Positions 20,830 to 31,923 are shown, counted from the first letter of the stretch. The stretch is 64,000 bases of DNA from Rhabdothermincola salaria (GCF_021246445.1 NZ_JAJQXW010000001.1:806001-870000), one strand, 5' to 3'. Notes: generated by a model from the letters alone, not told the origin. Program-made: numbers and translations.

Positions 20830-22026
20830 ATGCCGGGTTCCGACCGCTACACGATCATCTCCGCCGACGGCCATGCCGGCGGCAACCACGCCCAGTACCG
20901 CGAGTACCTCGATCCGGCCTGGCGCGACGAGTTCGACGCCTGGCGCGGTCGCTACAAGAACCCCTTCCGTGACCTCCAGGACGACGGTCGGACCCGCAAC
21001 TGGGACACCGAGCGCCGTCTCGCCGACCTCGACGCCGAGGGCGTGGCCGCCGAGGTGCTGTTCCCGAACACGGTGCCGCCGTTCTTCCCGACCGGTGTGG
21101 TGATCGCCCCCGCCCCCTCGCCGGAGGACTTCCCCAAGCGCCTCGCCGGCCTCCGGGCCCACAACCGCTGGCTGGTCGACTTCGTGGCCGAGGCACCGCT
21201 GCGCCGCGCCGGGCTCGCCCAGATCGCCCTCAACGACGTCGACGAGGCCGTCAAGGACGTCTACTGGACCAAGGAGCAGGGGCTCTCGGGCATCCTGCTG
21301 CCCGGCGTGTCGCCCGACACGCCGTGGATCGACCCGCTCTTCAGTGAGGCCTACGACCCCGTCTGGGCCGCCTGCCAGGAGACCGATCTGTCGATCACCC
21401 ACCACGCCGGGGGCAGTGGCATCCCCAACTACGGCAAGCACCCCGCCGCCCTCACCATGTTCGTGCTCGAGTCGGGTTGGTTCGCCAACCGGGCCCTGTG
21501 GCACCTGATCATGGCGGGCGTGTTCGAGCGCTTCCCGGGCCTCAAGTTCGTGATGACCGAGCAGGGCTCGTCGTGGCTGCCGCCCGCACTCACCCGCATG
21601 GACGACATCCACGCCTCACAGGTGCGGGGCCGCATGGGCGAGATCGGCATGCCCGAGTCCGGTGCGCTGCCGCACAAGCCCAGCGACTACTTCAAGCGCA
21701 ACTGCTTCATCGGCGCCAGCTTCCCGCCGCCGTCGGAGGCCGCCACCTTCCACGACATCGGTATCGACAAGATCATGTGGGGCAGCGACTACCCCCACAA
21801 CGAGGCCTGCTCTCCGCTCAGCCGCGAGTCGTTGCGCCGCAGCTTCGAGGGCTGGAGCGAAGGCGACCTGCGCCAGATCCTGGCCGAGAACCAGGCGCAC
21901 GTGTACGGCTTCGACCTCGAGGCCCTGGCGCCCATCGCCGACCGCATCGGGCCGACCGTCGACGAGATCGCCACGCCGCTCGACGCCGTCCCCGACCACC
22001 AGAGCCCTGCCTTCCAGCGGGCCTGA
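20830..22026 (+). CDS. Amidohydrolase (Amidohydro_2 family)
   Basis: ISADGHAG, AEVLFPNT, YDPVWAACQE..THHAG, TEQG..W, WGSDYPHNE. Confidence 0.9.
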   Translation: MPGSDRYTIISADGHAGGNHAQYREYLDPAWRDEFDAWRGRYKNPFRDLQDDGRTRNWDTERRLADLDAEGVAAEVLFPNTVPPFFPTGVVIAPAPSPEDFPKRLAGLRAHNRWLVDFVAEAPLRRAGLAQIALNDVDEAVKDVYWTKEQGLSGILLPGVSPDTPWIDPLFSEAYDPVWAACQETDLSITHHAGGSGIPNYGKHPAALTMFVLESGWFANRALWHLIMAGVFERFPGLKFVMTEQGSSWLPPALTRMDDIHASQVRGRMGEIGMPESGALPHKPSDYFKRNCFIGASFPPPSEAATFHDIGIDKIMWGSDYPHNEACSPLSRESLRRSFEGWSEGDLRQILAENQAHVYGFDLEALAPIADRIGPTVDEIATPLDAVPDHQSPAFQRA

Positions 22027-22054
22027 CGGCCTCGGTCGCCAGGCCATCGTCGCC

Positions 22055-22609
22055 GTGCCTGCTCCTGCCGGCCGCGTCTCCGGCGCCGTCACCGACGTGA
22101 CGGCGCCGGCGGCGCGCCCCTCCCCGCCCGGCGCCGCCGGGTCCGGACCCGACGACCTGGCCCCCATCCGACTGGGGATGACCCGCCTGCAGCGCCTGTT
22201 CGCCAGCCGGCGCATCCACGCCAACATGGCTGCCGCCGCCGGCGTGCGACTCTCCGAACAGGGCCTGCAGGTGCTGCGCACCCTCGCCGACGGCCCACCC
22301 CAGCCGGTCGGCGACCTCGCCCGAGCCGCCCGCATGGACACCGGCGCGGTCAGCCGCCAACTGCGCGGGCTCGAGGAACAGGGCCTGGTGGCCCGCCAGA
22401 GCAGCCCCACGCACGGGTCCATCGTGCTGGTCAAGGCCACCGACGAGGGACGTCGCCTGCAGCGGCGCTACGAGAAGGTGCGCACCGGGCAGCTCGGCCG
22501 CGCCCTCGATGACTGGACGCCCGCCGAACGAGCCGACCTGGGCCGGCTGCTCCTGCGGCTCGTCGACGACCTCCAGTCGACGCCGTACCTCGACCCCGAC
22601 GAGGTCTGA
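22055..22609 (+). CDS. MarR family transcriptional regulator (start uncertain; alternative GTG 22097)
   Basis: VGDLARAARMDTGAVSRQLRGLEEQGLV...ATDEG. Confidence 0.82.
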   Translation: MPAPAGRVSGAVTDVTAPAARPSPPGAAGSGPDDLAPIRLGMTRLQRLFASRRIHANMAAAAGVRLSEQGLQVLRTLADGPPQPVGDLARAARMDTGAVSRQLRGLEEQGLVARQSSPTHGSIVLVKATDEGRRLQRRYEKVRTGQLGRALDDWTPAERADLGRLLLRLVDDLQSTPYLDPDEV

Positions 22610-22739
22610 GGCCTCGTACGCGGGCCGTCCTCGGCGCCCGCCCAGGTCGAGGCCAGGGCGCCGGGGGATGCCCCCGGTCCCGCCCGGGTTCCTCGGCTGG
22701 TGCATGATGGCGGACAGACGGCCGACCAGGAGGGGACGC

Positions 22740-24299
22740 GTGCCCGGAGACGACAAGGCGATCGAACAGGCCCGGACGATGTGGGAGCTGGTGGAGGCCC
22801 GGGCGTCCGCCTCACCCGAGGTGGCCGCGCTCATCGAGAGCGACCGTGAGCTGACGTTCGCCGAGCTCCGCGACCAGGCCGAGCGGGTCGCCGCCGGGCT
22901 GCAGGACCTCGGCATCGGCCGCGGCACGCGGGTCACCTGGCAGCTCCCCACCCGCATCGAGACGGTGGTGCTCTCCCTCGCGCTCGCTCGCCTGGCCGCG
23001 GTCCAGAACCCGATCCTGCCCCTGTACCGCGACCGCGAGGTCGGCTTCGTGGTGTCCCAGGTCCAGGCGGACGTGTTCTGCGTGCCCGGCGACTGGAACG
23101 GCTTCGACTTCGTGGCCATGGCCGAGCGCATCGCCGAGGAGCACGGCGTGCACCCGAGGGTGCTCGTCACCTACGACGACCTCCCCGAGGGCGATCCGGC
23201 CACCCTTCCCCCGGCCCCCAGCGACGGCGACGAGGTCCGCTGGATCTACTACACGTCCGGCACCACGTCGGCGCCCAAGGGCGTGCAGCACAGCGACGGC
23301 ACCCTCATGGCCGGCGGGCTGGGCCTGGCCGACGCCTTGGAGCTCACCGCCGACGACGTCGGCTCCATCGCCTTCCCCTACAGCCACATCGCCGGGCCCG
23401 ACTACCTGATGATGCTGCTCTACCGGGGCTGCGGCGCGGTGCTCATCGAGGCCTTCGCGCTCGACGCCGCCGTCGAGCTGTTCGCCCGCAAGGGCGCCAC
23501 CATGGCCGGCGGCGGCCCGGCCTTCTACCAGATGTACCTGTCGAAGCAGCGCAGCCAGCCCGGCGAACCGATCATCCCCTCGTTGCGACTGCTGTCGGGC
23601 GGCGGGGCCCCGAAGCCCCCGGAGATGTACACCGAGGTCAAGAACGAGATGGGCATCCCGGTGTGCCACGGCTACGGCATGACCGAGTGCCCGATGATCT
23701 CCCAGGGCGGTCCCGACGACTCCGAGCACCAGCTGATGTACACCGACGGGCACCCCGTCACCGGTTGCCAGGTGCGCATCGTCACCCTCGACGGCGAGGT
23801 CGCAGGGACCGACGTCGACGGGGAGGTGCGGGTCAAGGGCCCCATGGTGTTCAAGGGCTACACCGACGCCTCCCTCGACGCCGATGCCTTCGACGACGAG
23901 GGTTGGTTCCGCACCGGCGACCTCGGCCACCTCGACGACGCCGGGTACGTCGTGCTCACCGGACGGCTGAAGGACGTGATCATCCGCAAGGGCGAGAACA
24001 TCTCGGCCAAGGAGATCGAGGACCTGCTGTACCAGCACCCCAAGGTGGGCGACGTCGCCGTGATCGGCCTCCCCGACCGCGACCGGGGCGAGCGGGTGTG
24101 CGCCGTGGTCGAGACCGCCGAGGGCACCGACCCCCTCACCTTCGACGAGATGGTCGCCTACCTCGCCGAGGCCGACCTCATGCGCCAGAAGGTCCCCGAG
24201 CAGCTCGAGGTCGTCGACGCCCTGCCCCGCAACAACACCCTGGGCAAGATCCTCAAGACCGATCTGCGCGACCAGTTCCGCGACAAGCCCTGGCCCTGA
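22740..24299 (+). CDS. Acyl-CoA synthetase (cyclohexanecarboxylate-CoA ligase-like)
   Basis: YTSGTTSAPKG, GYGMTE, WFRTGD, GRLKDVIIRKGENI, GKILK; AGGAGG RBS before GTG. Confidence 0.9.
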   Translation: MPGDDKAIEQARTMWELVEARASASPEVAALIESDRELTFAELRDQAERVAAGLQDLGIGRGTRVTWQLPTRIETVVLSLALARLAAVQNPILPLYRDREVGFVVSQVQADVFCVPGDWNGFDFVAMAERIAEEHGVHPRVLVTYDDLPEGDPATLPPAPSDGDEVRWIYYTSGTTSAPKGVQHSDGTLMAGGLGLADALELTADDVGSIAFPYSHIAGPDYLMMLLYRGCGAVLIEAFALDAAVELFARKGATMAGGGPAFYQMYLSKQRSQPGEPIIPSLRLLSGGGAPKPPEMYTEVKNEMGIPVCHGYGMTECPMISQGGPDDSEHQLMYTDGHPVTGCQVRIVTLDGEVAGTDVDGEVRVKGPMVFKGYTDASLDADAFDDEGWFRTGDLGHLDDAGYVVLTGRLKDVIIRKGENISAKEIEDLLYQHPKVGDVAVIGLPDRDRGERVCAVVETAEGTDPLTFDEMVAYLAEADLMRQKVPEQLEVVDALPRNNTLGKILKTDLRDQFRDKPWP

Positions 24300-24317
24300 C
24301 ATGGCGGCGCGGAGCGC

Positions 24318-24361
24318 CGCGGTGTGGCGGCGACGCGGCGCGTGCCCGCCGCCACCTGACC
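24318..24361. repeat. 44-bp palindromic REP-like element, family A (partial further copy 24406-24425)
   Basis: 41/44 to the reverse complement of 20674-20717; 20-mer ggagcgccgcggtgtggcgg repeated at 24311-24330 and 24406-24425. Confidence 0.85.
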
Positions 24362-24446
24362 CGGACCCGTCGACCGCGTTCGGCGTGCGTTCGTGGCGGC
24401 GCCGGGGAGCGCCGCGGTGTGGCGGGCCCGCTGACCGGCGACCGGG

Positions 24447-25901
24447 TCAGGCGTTGCCCATGAGGTCGATGGGGCGCAGCACCGCGAAGGTGGCGTGGGC
24501 CACCCAGCGCGGCACCGGCTCCATCGTCAGGCCACCTCCGGCGGCGTGGATGATGTGGCCGTCGCCGACGTACATCCCGGTGTGGCCGTCCATCAAGAAG
24601 ATGTCGCCGGGCTCCATGAGGGCCGTGTCGAACCGGGTGGCCACCTGGGTGGCCATGAACGCCGGGTCGGCCTCCATGGCGTAGGTGGTGGCCGGGATCG
24701 TGAGCCCGATCAGCCGGTAGGCGGTGTGGGTGAAGCCCGAGCAGTCGAAGAAGCCGTTGCCGAAGCGGTTCGTCCCCGGTGGGCAGAGCGGGTCCTGGGG
24801 GCGGGCGTCGGGTCCGAGGCACTGGGAGTACGGCGTCCCCAGGCGGGACGCGGCCCAGTCGAGCATGCCGGGGACGTCGCCGGGCTCCAGAGCGACGCCG
24901 TATGTGTCGAACTGGGGGACCCCGTCGGAGGTGGCATACGGGTCGGACGGCACGAGGCCGAGGTCGACGCCGGGGGTGCGGGCGTAGCGGCGGGCAGCGG
25001 CCAGGACGATGCGCACCCGAGCCGAGTCTCGTTCCTCGCCGTACACCGCGGCCTGCAGGGGGACGTGGGCGTCGAGCGGGGCGTCCCCGGCGCACAGGGC
25101 CTCGGCGAGCGGGGTGAGGACGCGGGGGAGGTCGTAGGCGCCGGCCGGCTCGTCGGGTCCGGGGGCGGTCTCCACCAGCTCGGCGGTCGGTCCCGTCGGA
25201 CGACCGTGGCGCCAGCGCACCCGCCCGATGCCGGCGAGCACCGCGGCCGGCAGCCGGCACTCCGGGTCGATGGCGTTGATGTCGGCAGCCGCCCGCTGGT
25301 AGGCGAGGTAGGCGACGCCGGGGAGGTCGGTGGCGCCGACTGCCGCCAGGGTGGCGTCGGCGGCTTCCTCGGCGCTCACCCGGTCGGCCTCGGCCCCCTC
25401 ACGCGTGGCCTCGGCCTCGCCGAACGCCGCGCTGGCCTCGGCCTGTGCCGCCATGGCGTCGTCGAGGACGTCCTCGGCCTCGTCGCGCCCGTCGATGGTC
25501 AGCTCGAGCTGGTGTCGCCGGGCGCTGAGCGCCCCCACCATGACCTGGTGGTCACGAGGCGACGCCACCCCGTGGCGCACGTAGCTGGCGGCGCTCAGCT
25601 CGCCGTACAGGCGGCGCTGCTCCGTGAGTGCGTCGGTCGCCGTTCGGAAGGCGTCGGTGGCGGCGGCGAGCGCCTGGTCGGCGTCGGCGAGCTCACCCGC
25701 CGCCGCGTCGCGGGCCTGCTCGGCCCCGACGACGGCGTCGATGGTCGCTTGGAGCCGTTCCATGGCGGGGGCCACCGCCGTCGCCGGATCCTCGACCGCG
25801 CCCACCGGCGCGGCCGGTGCCACCAGCAGGCTCGCCAGGACGGCCACGCCGAGCGCCATGGCGAGGAGGCGACGCCGGAGTGGAGGAGAAGAGTGGTTCA
25901 T
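24447..25901 (-). CDS. Secreted NlpC/P60 peptidoglycan endopeptidase with coiled coil and degenerate lytic-transglycosylase-like domain
   Basis: Signal peptide [21 protein letters not shown]; Ala-rich coiled coil; FDCSGF, GHTGMY, IIHA. Confidence 0.85.
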   Translation of the reverse strand: MNHSSPPLRRRLLAMALGVAVLASLLVAPAAPVGAVEDPATAVAPAMERLQATIDAVVGAEQARDAAAGELADADQALAAATDAFRTATDALTEQRRLYGELSAASYVRHGVASPRDHQVMVGALSARRHQLELTIDGRDEAEDVLDDAMAAQAEASAAFGEAEATREGAEADRVSAEEAADATLAAVGATDLPGVAYLAYQRAAADINAIDPECRLPAAVLAGIGRVRWRHGRPTGPTAELVETAPGPDEPAGAYDLPRVLTPLAEALCAGDAPLDAHVPLQAAVYGEERDSARVRIVLAAARRYARTPGVDLGLVPSDPYATSDGVPQFDTYGVALEPGDVPGMLDWAASRLGTPYSQCLGPDARPQDPLCPPGTNRFGNGFFDCSGFTHTAYRLIGLTIPATTYAMEADPAFMATQVATRFDTALMEPGDIFLMDGHTGMYVGDGHIIHAAGGGLTMEPVPRWVAHATFAVLRPIDLMGNA

Positions 25902-26116
25902 CGCAGTCGTAGTGTCGGCACGTCGGAGCCCGGACTCGAGTGGCTCGGTCGCCGCCCGAGCGGTCCGGACGGCGACATGTGTCACACGGTCATGCCTGGC
26001 GGACCCCGAGGCTACGACCTGCCGGGACCGCGTGTCAGGCGGTCGCGACCGGGCGCTGGGCGCCCTCCGCAGGCCCCTGGCGCGGAAGGTGCCCAAAACA
26101 TCTCTAAGCTGTCAAC

Positions 26117-26142
26117 CGAGGAGGTCAGATCCGACCTCCTCG
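26117..26142 (+). promoter_or_regulatory. Perfect 10-bp hairpin in the predicted 5' UTR of the cold-shock gene
   Basis: cgaggaggtc-agatcc-gacctcctcg, directly after a TAAGCT -10-like box (26105-26110). Confidence 0.5.
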
Positions 26143-26165
26143 TTTGCGTGAAGAGAGAGAATCAA

Positions 26166-26366
26166 GTGACTACTGGAACCGTGAAGTTCTTCAACAACGA
26201 GAAGGGCTTCGGCTTCATCTCCAGGGAGCAGGGGGACGACGTGTTCGTTCACTTCTCCAACATCCAGGGCTCCGGCTTCAAGACCCTCGAAGAGGGTCAG
26301 CAGGTCGAGTTCGACGTGGCACCCGGCCGTAAGGGCGAGGAAGCTCAGAACGTCCGCCCCATCTGA
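26166..26366 (+). CDS. cspA: Cold-shock protein (CspA family)
   Basis: [15 protein letters not shown] (RNP1), DVFVHFS (RNP2); 66 aa. Confidence 0.95.
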   Translation: MTTGTVKFFNNEKGFGFISREQGDDVFVHFSNIQGSGFKTLEEGQQVEFDVAPGRKGEEAQNVRPI

Positions 26367-26382
26367 CCCTCGGGTCGCCCCT

Positions 26383-26412
26383 GGAGCCGTCGGCGGAGAC
26401 GTCGGCGGCTCC
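26383..26412 (+). terminator. Hairpin with GAGA tetraloop after the csp gene
   Basis: ggagccgtcggcg-gaga-cgtcggcggctcc, followed shortly by tttt. Confidence 0.5.
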
Positions 26413-26450
26413 ACGCAGTTTTCTGCCGTGAGAGGAAAGGCGGTGTCCTA

Positions 26451-26741
26451 GTGGGGGCACAGCGCACGAGTTTCGAGAAGTTGCAGCGCGACCGGGCCAA
26501 GAAGGCCAAGGCCGCCAACAAGCGGGAGAAGCGCCAAGGTCGCGCCGAGACCGACCCCGACGAGCCGGCCGTCTCCACCGACGCCGAGGCGCTCCTGGCC
26601 GACGACGGTCACGAGTTGACCGCGGGCGAGCTGCTGGCGCTCGTCGAGGAGCTCCACCGGCGCTACGACGCCAAGGAGATCGAGTTCGAGGAGTTCGAGG
26701 AGCGCAAGATCGAGCTGCTCCAGCGCCTCCCGGTCGACTGA
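26451..26741 (+). CDS. Small hypothetical protein, basic N-terminus and acidic C-terminus
   Basis: 96 aa with typical codon bias; GAAAGG RBS; SFEKLQRDRAKKAKAANKREKRQ. Confidence 0.75.
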   Translation: MGAQRTSFEKLQRDRAKKAKAANKREKRQGRAETDPDEPAVSTDAEALLADDGHELTAGELLALVEELHRRYDAKEIEFEEFEERKIELLQRLPVD

Positions 26742-26789
26742 CCGACGGCGGCGCCCGGCCCGGGCTCTCCCAGCCCGGCCCATGAACGA

Positions 26790-26822
26790 CGACGAGGCCG
26801 GCCCATCGGGCCGGCCTCGTCG
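26790..26822. terminator. Bidirectional hairpin between convergent genes
   Basis: 15-bp perfect stem cgacgaggccggccc-atc-gggccggcctcgtcg. Confidence 0.7.
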
Positions 26823-26829
26823 CGTCAGG

Positions 26830-27135
26830 TCACTCCTCGGTCACCATGGCGAGCTGCCACCGCTGGCTGCGCAGCACGTTGCGCCGCTTCCAGAACGGCG
26901 TCTTCCAGTGGCGGATGCGGTTGGGCCGCACCTCCTTCGGCTCGTCGGCCGCCTCGTCGTAACCGTGGCGGCGAACCTCCTCCACGACGACGAGGTCGTC
27001 GAGGTCGGCGCCGTTCACCGCCTGGTGAAGCTGGACGTTGGCCTGATGTCGCACCTTGCGGTGCTCCACCTGGCGCATCTCCCGAGCGGGCAGGACCCGC
27101 CGGTCGCGGCGTTGGCCACGATGCCGTGCTCCCAT
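26830..27135 (-). CDS. Small Arg-rich hypothetical protein
   Basis: AGGAGG RBS; 101 aa; RHWKTPFWKRR motif. Confidence 0.7.
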   Translation of the reverse strand: MGARHRGQRRDRRVLPAREMRQVEHRKVRHQANVQLHQAVNGADLDDLVVVEEVRRHGYDEAADEPKEVRPNRIRHWKTPFWKRRNVLRSQRWQLAMVTEE

Positions 27136-27317
27136 GGGCGAACCTCCTGGGGACGGGGGCCACTCCGAACGGAGCCGGCCCGTTCCTCGCCATGGTGCAC
27201 CCACCGGGCCGCCCCATGCCAAGAACGCACTGCGTCATTGTGGAGACCGGCCGATGACGCCAGGGTGAACGCTCCGGGACGATCCCGATCGGTGCTCGGT
27301 CGCCTGCCCGGACCGGC

Positions 27318-28958
<1,641 letters not shown>

Positions 28959-29098
28959 GGCTGCGAAGGTACCGCTTGGTGACCAGCGGCCGCGAACCCG
29001 CCCGAGGAGCTCCGCGCCGCGGGTCGGCATCGCTCGGCGACGCCTACCCCGAGCACTAGTCTCTGCCGGTTCCCCCGCTTCTCCAGGAGCATCTCGCC

Positions 29099-29527
29099 AT
29101 GCCTGCCGTCGTCATCTACGAGAGCCTCACCGGCAACACCGCCCGCGCCGCGGAGCTCATCGCCGCCGGACTCACCGAGCAAGGGGTGCCGGCGATCGCC
29201 TGCCCCACCACCGCCATCGACTACCAGGCCCTGGCCGACGCCGATCTCGTCGTCGTGGGCAGCTGGACCGACGGGCTCTTCTTCGTGGGTCAGCGTCCGG
29301 CCAAGGCGGGACGGCTGGCCCAGCTGCCCTTCATCACCGGCAAGACCTGTGCCGTGTTCTGCACGTACGCCATCGACACCGGCAAGACGCTCGACAAGCT
29401 GAGCGACATCATGCGTGACCGCGGGGGCGACGTCATCGGCGGCATGGCCATCAAGCGCAACCGGCTCGAGGCCGGCTCCCGGGAGTTCGTCGATCGGGTC
29501 CTCGGGGTGCTGTCCACCCGCTCCTGA
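29099..29527 (+). CDS. Flavodoxin-like protein
   Basis: [12 protein letters not shown] loop, VVGSWT, AVFCTY. Confidence 0.85.
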   Translation: MPAVVIYESLTGNTARAAELIAAGLTEQGVPAIACPTTAIDYQALADADLVVVGSWTDGLFFVGQRPAKAGRLAQLPFITGKTCAVFCTYAIDTGKTLDKLSDIMRDRGGDVIGGMAIKRNRLEAGSREFVDRVLGVLSTRS

Positions 29528-29648
29528 GCCGGCGGGGCGCGGCGCCGCGCCGAGGGTGGCGGTTTTCGCTCCGGTCGGTGGTCGAACCTGCCGATCATCC
29601 GGGTAGCGAGACAGCGACCGTTCCGACCGGCGACGTGAGGGGGCCATC

Positions 29649-29996
29649 ATGGCTACGACCGGCTCGACCACCTACCACGCCGACCGGCTCTACCTCGTCG
29701 GCGACGTCGGCCCCGCCCATCCCACCGAGCGCCCCACCTGGGCCCCCACCCGCGAACAGGCGTGGGAGGCCGTGCGGGTCCGGATCCTCGACGACCTCTC
29801 GACCGCCCCGCGCCTGCGGTGCGCGGCCTACCGCCTCGCCCTCGACGAGCTCGACAGCACGGGCCCGCAGGACGACGGGTGGTCCGTGGCCGTGGACGAC
29901 CGGGCCTACTTCTACCGTCCCCACGCCGTGGGCCGACCGGCGTCGCTCACACGCGGCGAGGCGGCGCTGCTCCTCGCCCTCGCCGTGACCGGCTGA
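29649..29996 (+). CDS. Hypothetical protein
   Basis: 115-aa ORF with GAGG RBS and GC3-rich codons; no family recognised. Confidence 0.6.
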   Translation: MATTGSTTYHADRLYLVGDVGPAHPTERPTWAPTREQAWEAVRVRILDDLSTAPRLRCAAYRLALDELDSTGPQDDGWSVAVDDRAYFYRPHAVGRPASLTRGEAALLLALAVTG

Positions 29997-30023
29997 ACCC
30001 GGTCGGACGAGCGGTGGGCCCCG

Positions 30024-30407
30024 TCAGCGCGCCGGTGGGCCGGTGAGCACCTGGTAGACGGCCATCAGCACCCGGCGGCCCTCGTCGTCGAGGAGGCTGT
30101 CGTGCTCGATCGCGGCGGGCACCGACGTGACGGCCCGGGCGTCGAGGGGCAGGTAGCCGAGAAGCCGCGAGAGGGCTCCGGCCTTGGCCCCCAGAGCCCG
30201 CTCGATGGCCCACACCTTGGGACGAGTGGGCTCGGTGTCTCCGTTGACCCACATGGTGACAGCCGACGCGGTGTAGGGCCGAGACCCGTCGCCCAACTCG
30301 ATGCGAGCGACCTCTGCGCCCAGCCAGGCCCGGCTGCGACCCATGTCCTCCAGTCGTTGTCGGACCGCCCGCCCGAAGACCCTCCGCTGCTGCTCGCTCG
30401 TGTCCAC
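30024..30407 (-). CDS. XRE-like helix-turn-helix protein
   Basis: FGRAVRQRLEDMGRSRAWLG...TASAVTMWVNGDTEP..AIERAL; GGAG RBS before GTG. Confidence 0.7.
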   Translation of the reverse strand: MDTSEQQRRVFGRAVRQRLEDMGRSRAWLGAEVARIELGDGSRPYTASAVTMWVNGDTEPTRPKVWAIERALGAKAGALSRLLGYLPLDARAVTSVPAAIEHDSLLDDEGRRVLMAVYQVLTGPPAR

Positions 30408-30567
30408 CGCGCTCCCTGCGCTCCCTGCTCCGGTCACCCGGAGACCCGCTCGGCGGTCGTCCGGCGGAAGGCAGAGTGCTACCACAGCGAACTGGCACCG
30501 ACAAGGCCGACCATGACCGCACAAGTGAAGCTGGTCGGCACCGGTGGTGCCGGCCCGCCGCGGTCGC

Positions 30568-31812
30568 TCAGCCCGTTCCGGACCCGATGTCGAGGCACAC
30601 CTGCCTGGCCGCCCGGCGACCCGAGACGAGCGCGCCCTGGATGGACGCGGTGTCGCGGTGGTCGCCGCACACGTAGCGCCGCTCGCCCACGGCGACGGGC
30701 TGGCGAGGGTCGAGCGGCGGCCTCTGGTCGGGCTGGCCGTGGCGGATCACGTCCACCCGCAGGACCTCCCACTCCTCGACGCCGGGACCGAACCAGCGCA
30801 GCATCTGGCGGGTCACGGCCACGGCCAGATCCGGGTCCAGCGCGGCCGGTCCCGGGACGGCGGCCACGATGAGCGACCGACCCGGCGGGGCGTAGGAGCG
30901 AGCGGTCTCGCTCATCACCGCCACGTTGGCGGCGGGGCCGGAGCTGTCGCCGTCGAGCATCAGCACCGCCCCTCTCCTCGGTGGCTCCGGGGCGCTGAAC
31001 CAGACGGCCGCGACGGGCCGTGAGCCGACCTCGCGCAGCCCGAGCAGGTGTGACGCCGTGGGGCCATCGGTGGCGACCAGCAGGGCCCGGCCCTCGACGC
31101 GTGACCCGTCCTGGCCCACCGCCGTCGTGCCCACGAGGTGGTCCACCGGGCGGTCGAGGTGGACCACGCCGCGGGGGAGCGGCGCGGCGATCCGCTGGGG
31201 GAGCACCCCCATGCCGCCGGCCGGGACTGCGGCATCACCCTCGGCGAGCATGCGCCAGATGATGTCGAAGCGCCGCGCCGAGACCTCGAGGGTGGGGTCG
31301 AGCTGGATGCCGGCGAAGAGGGGGCGGAAGAAGCGCTCGATCATGACCGGGCTGAAGCCGAAGCGCTCGAGTCGTTCCTGGGTGGAGCGATCCGGCCGCC
31401 TCAGGAGGGCGCCGGCCGGGCCCCGGCGATCCGAGGCCACGAGGGCCAGCACCCGGGCCTTGTCGGCCAGGCTGCCGATCGGCGCCCGCAGGGTGGGGAT
31501 CAGGTCCTGGGGCCGTCGGAGAGGATCACCGACCCGGTGGAACCGACCGCCGATCCGGACCACGGCGCCCGGCTCGAAGCGGCACAGCGACAGGCTCTCG
31601 GGGTCGACCCAGCGACGCACCTCGGGATAGGCCGTCAACAGGATCTGGAAGCCCCGGTCGAGTCGGTGTCCGTCGACGACGTCGGTGCGGACCCGGCCGC
31701 CGACGCCGTCGGACGCCTCGAGCAGGGCCACGTCGAGCCCGGCCTCGACGAGCGTCCGGGCAGCGGCGAGACCGGCCAGGCCGGCCCCGACGATCACCAC
31801 GTCGTGTGCCAT
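30568..31812 (-). CDS. FAD-dependent oxidoreductase (amine oxidase/phytoene dehydrogenase-like)
   Basis: VVIVGAGLAGL, EASDGVGGRVRTD, LDRGFQ, CGDHRDTASIQGALVSG. Confidence 0.9.
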   Translation of the reverse strand: MAHDVVIVGAGLAGLAAARTLVEAGLDVALLEASDGVGGRVRTDVVDGHRLDRGFQILLTAYPEVRRWVDPESLSLCRFEPGAVVRIGGRFHRVGDPLRRPQDLIPTLRAPIGSLADKARVLALVASDRRGPAGALLRRPDRSTQERLERFGFSPVMIERFFRPLFAGIQLDPTLEVSARRFDIIWRMLAEGDAAVPAGGMGVLPQRIAAPLPRGVVHLDRPVDHLVGTTAVGQDGSRVEGRALLVATDGPTASHLLGLREVGSRPVAAVWFSAPEPPRRGAVLMLDGDSSGPAANVAVMSETARSYAPPGRSLIVAAVPGPAALDPDLAVAVTRQMLRWFGPGVEEWEVLRVDVIRHGQPDQRPPLDPRQPVAVGERRYVCGDHRDTASIQGALVSGRRAARQVCLDIGSGTG

Positions 31813-31923
31813 GGCTGACGACGTTACCGATGCCCGTCCCTCGCCTCGGGGTCGAGGGCGCACAGACCGGGGCGGACGTCGGCGTCCGGCCGCCCACGCT
31901 GGCCCTCGGTACGCTCGCGTCCC

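Noticed and set aside
25902..26100. c-di-AMP (ydaO) riboswitch expected upstream of a cell-wall hydrolase
   Set aside because: Conserved ydaO sequence blocks could not be found by eye on either strand.
30460..30485. CIRCE-like GAGTGCTA half-site
   Set aside because: No matching TTAGCACTC arm 9 nt upstream; more likely a minus-strand -10 region.
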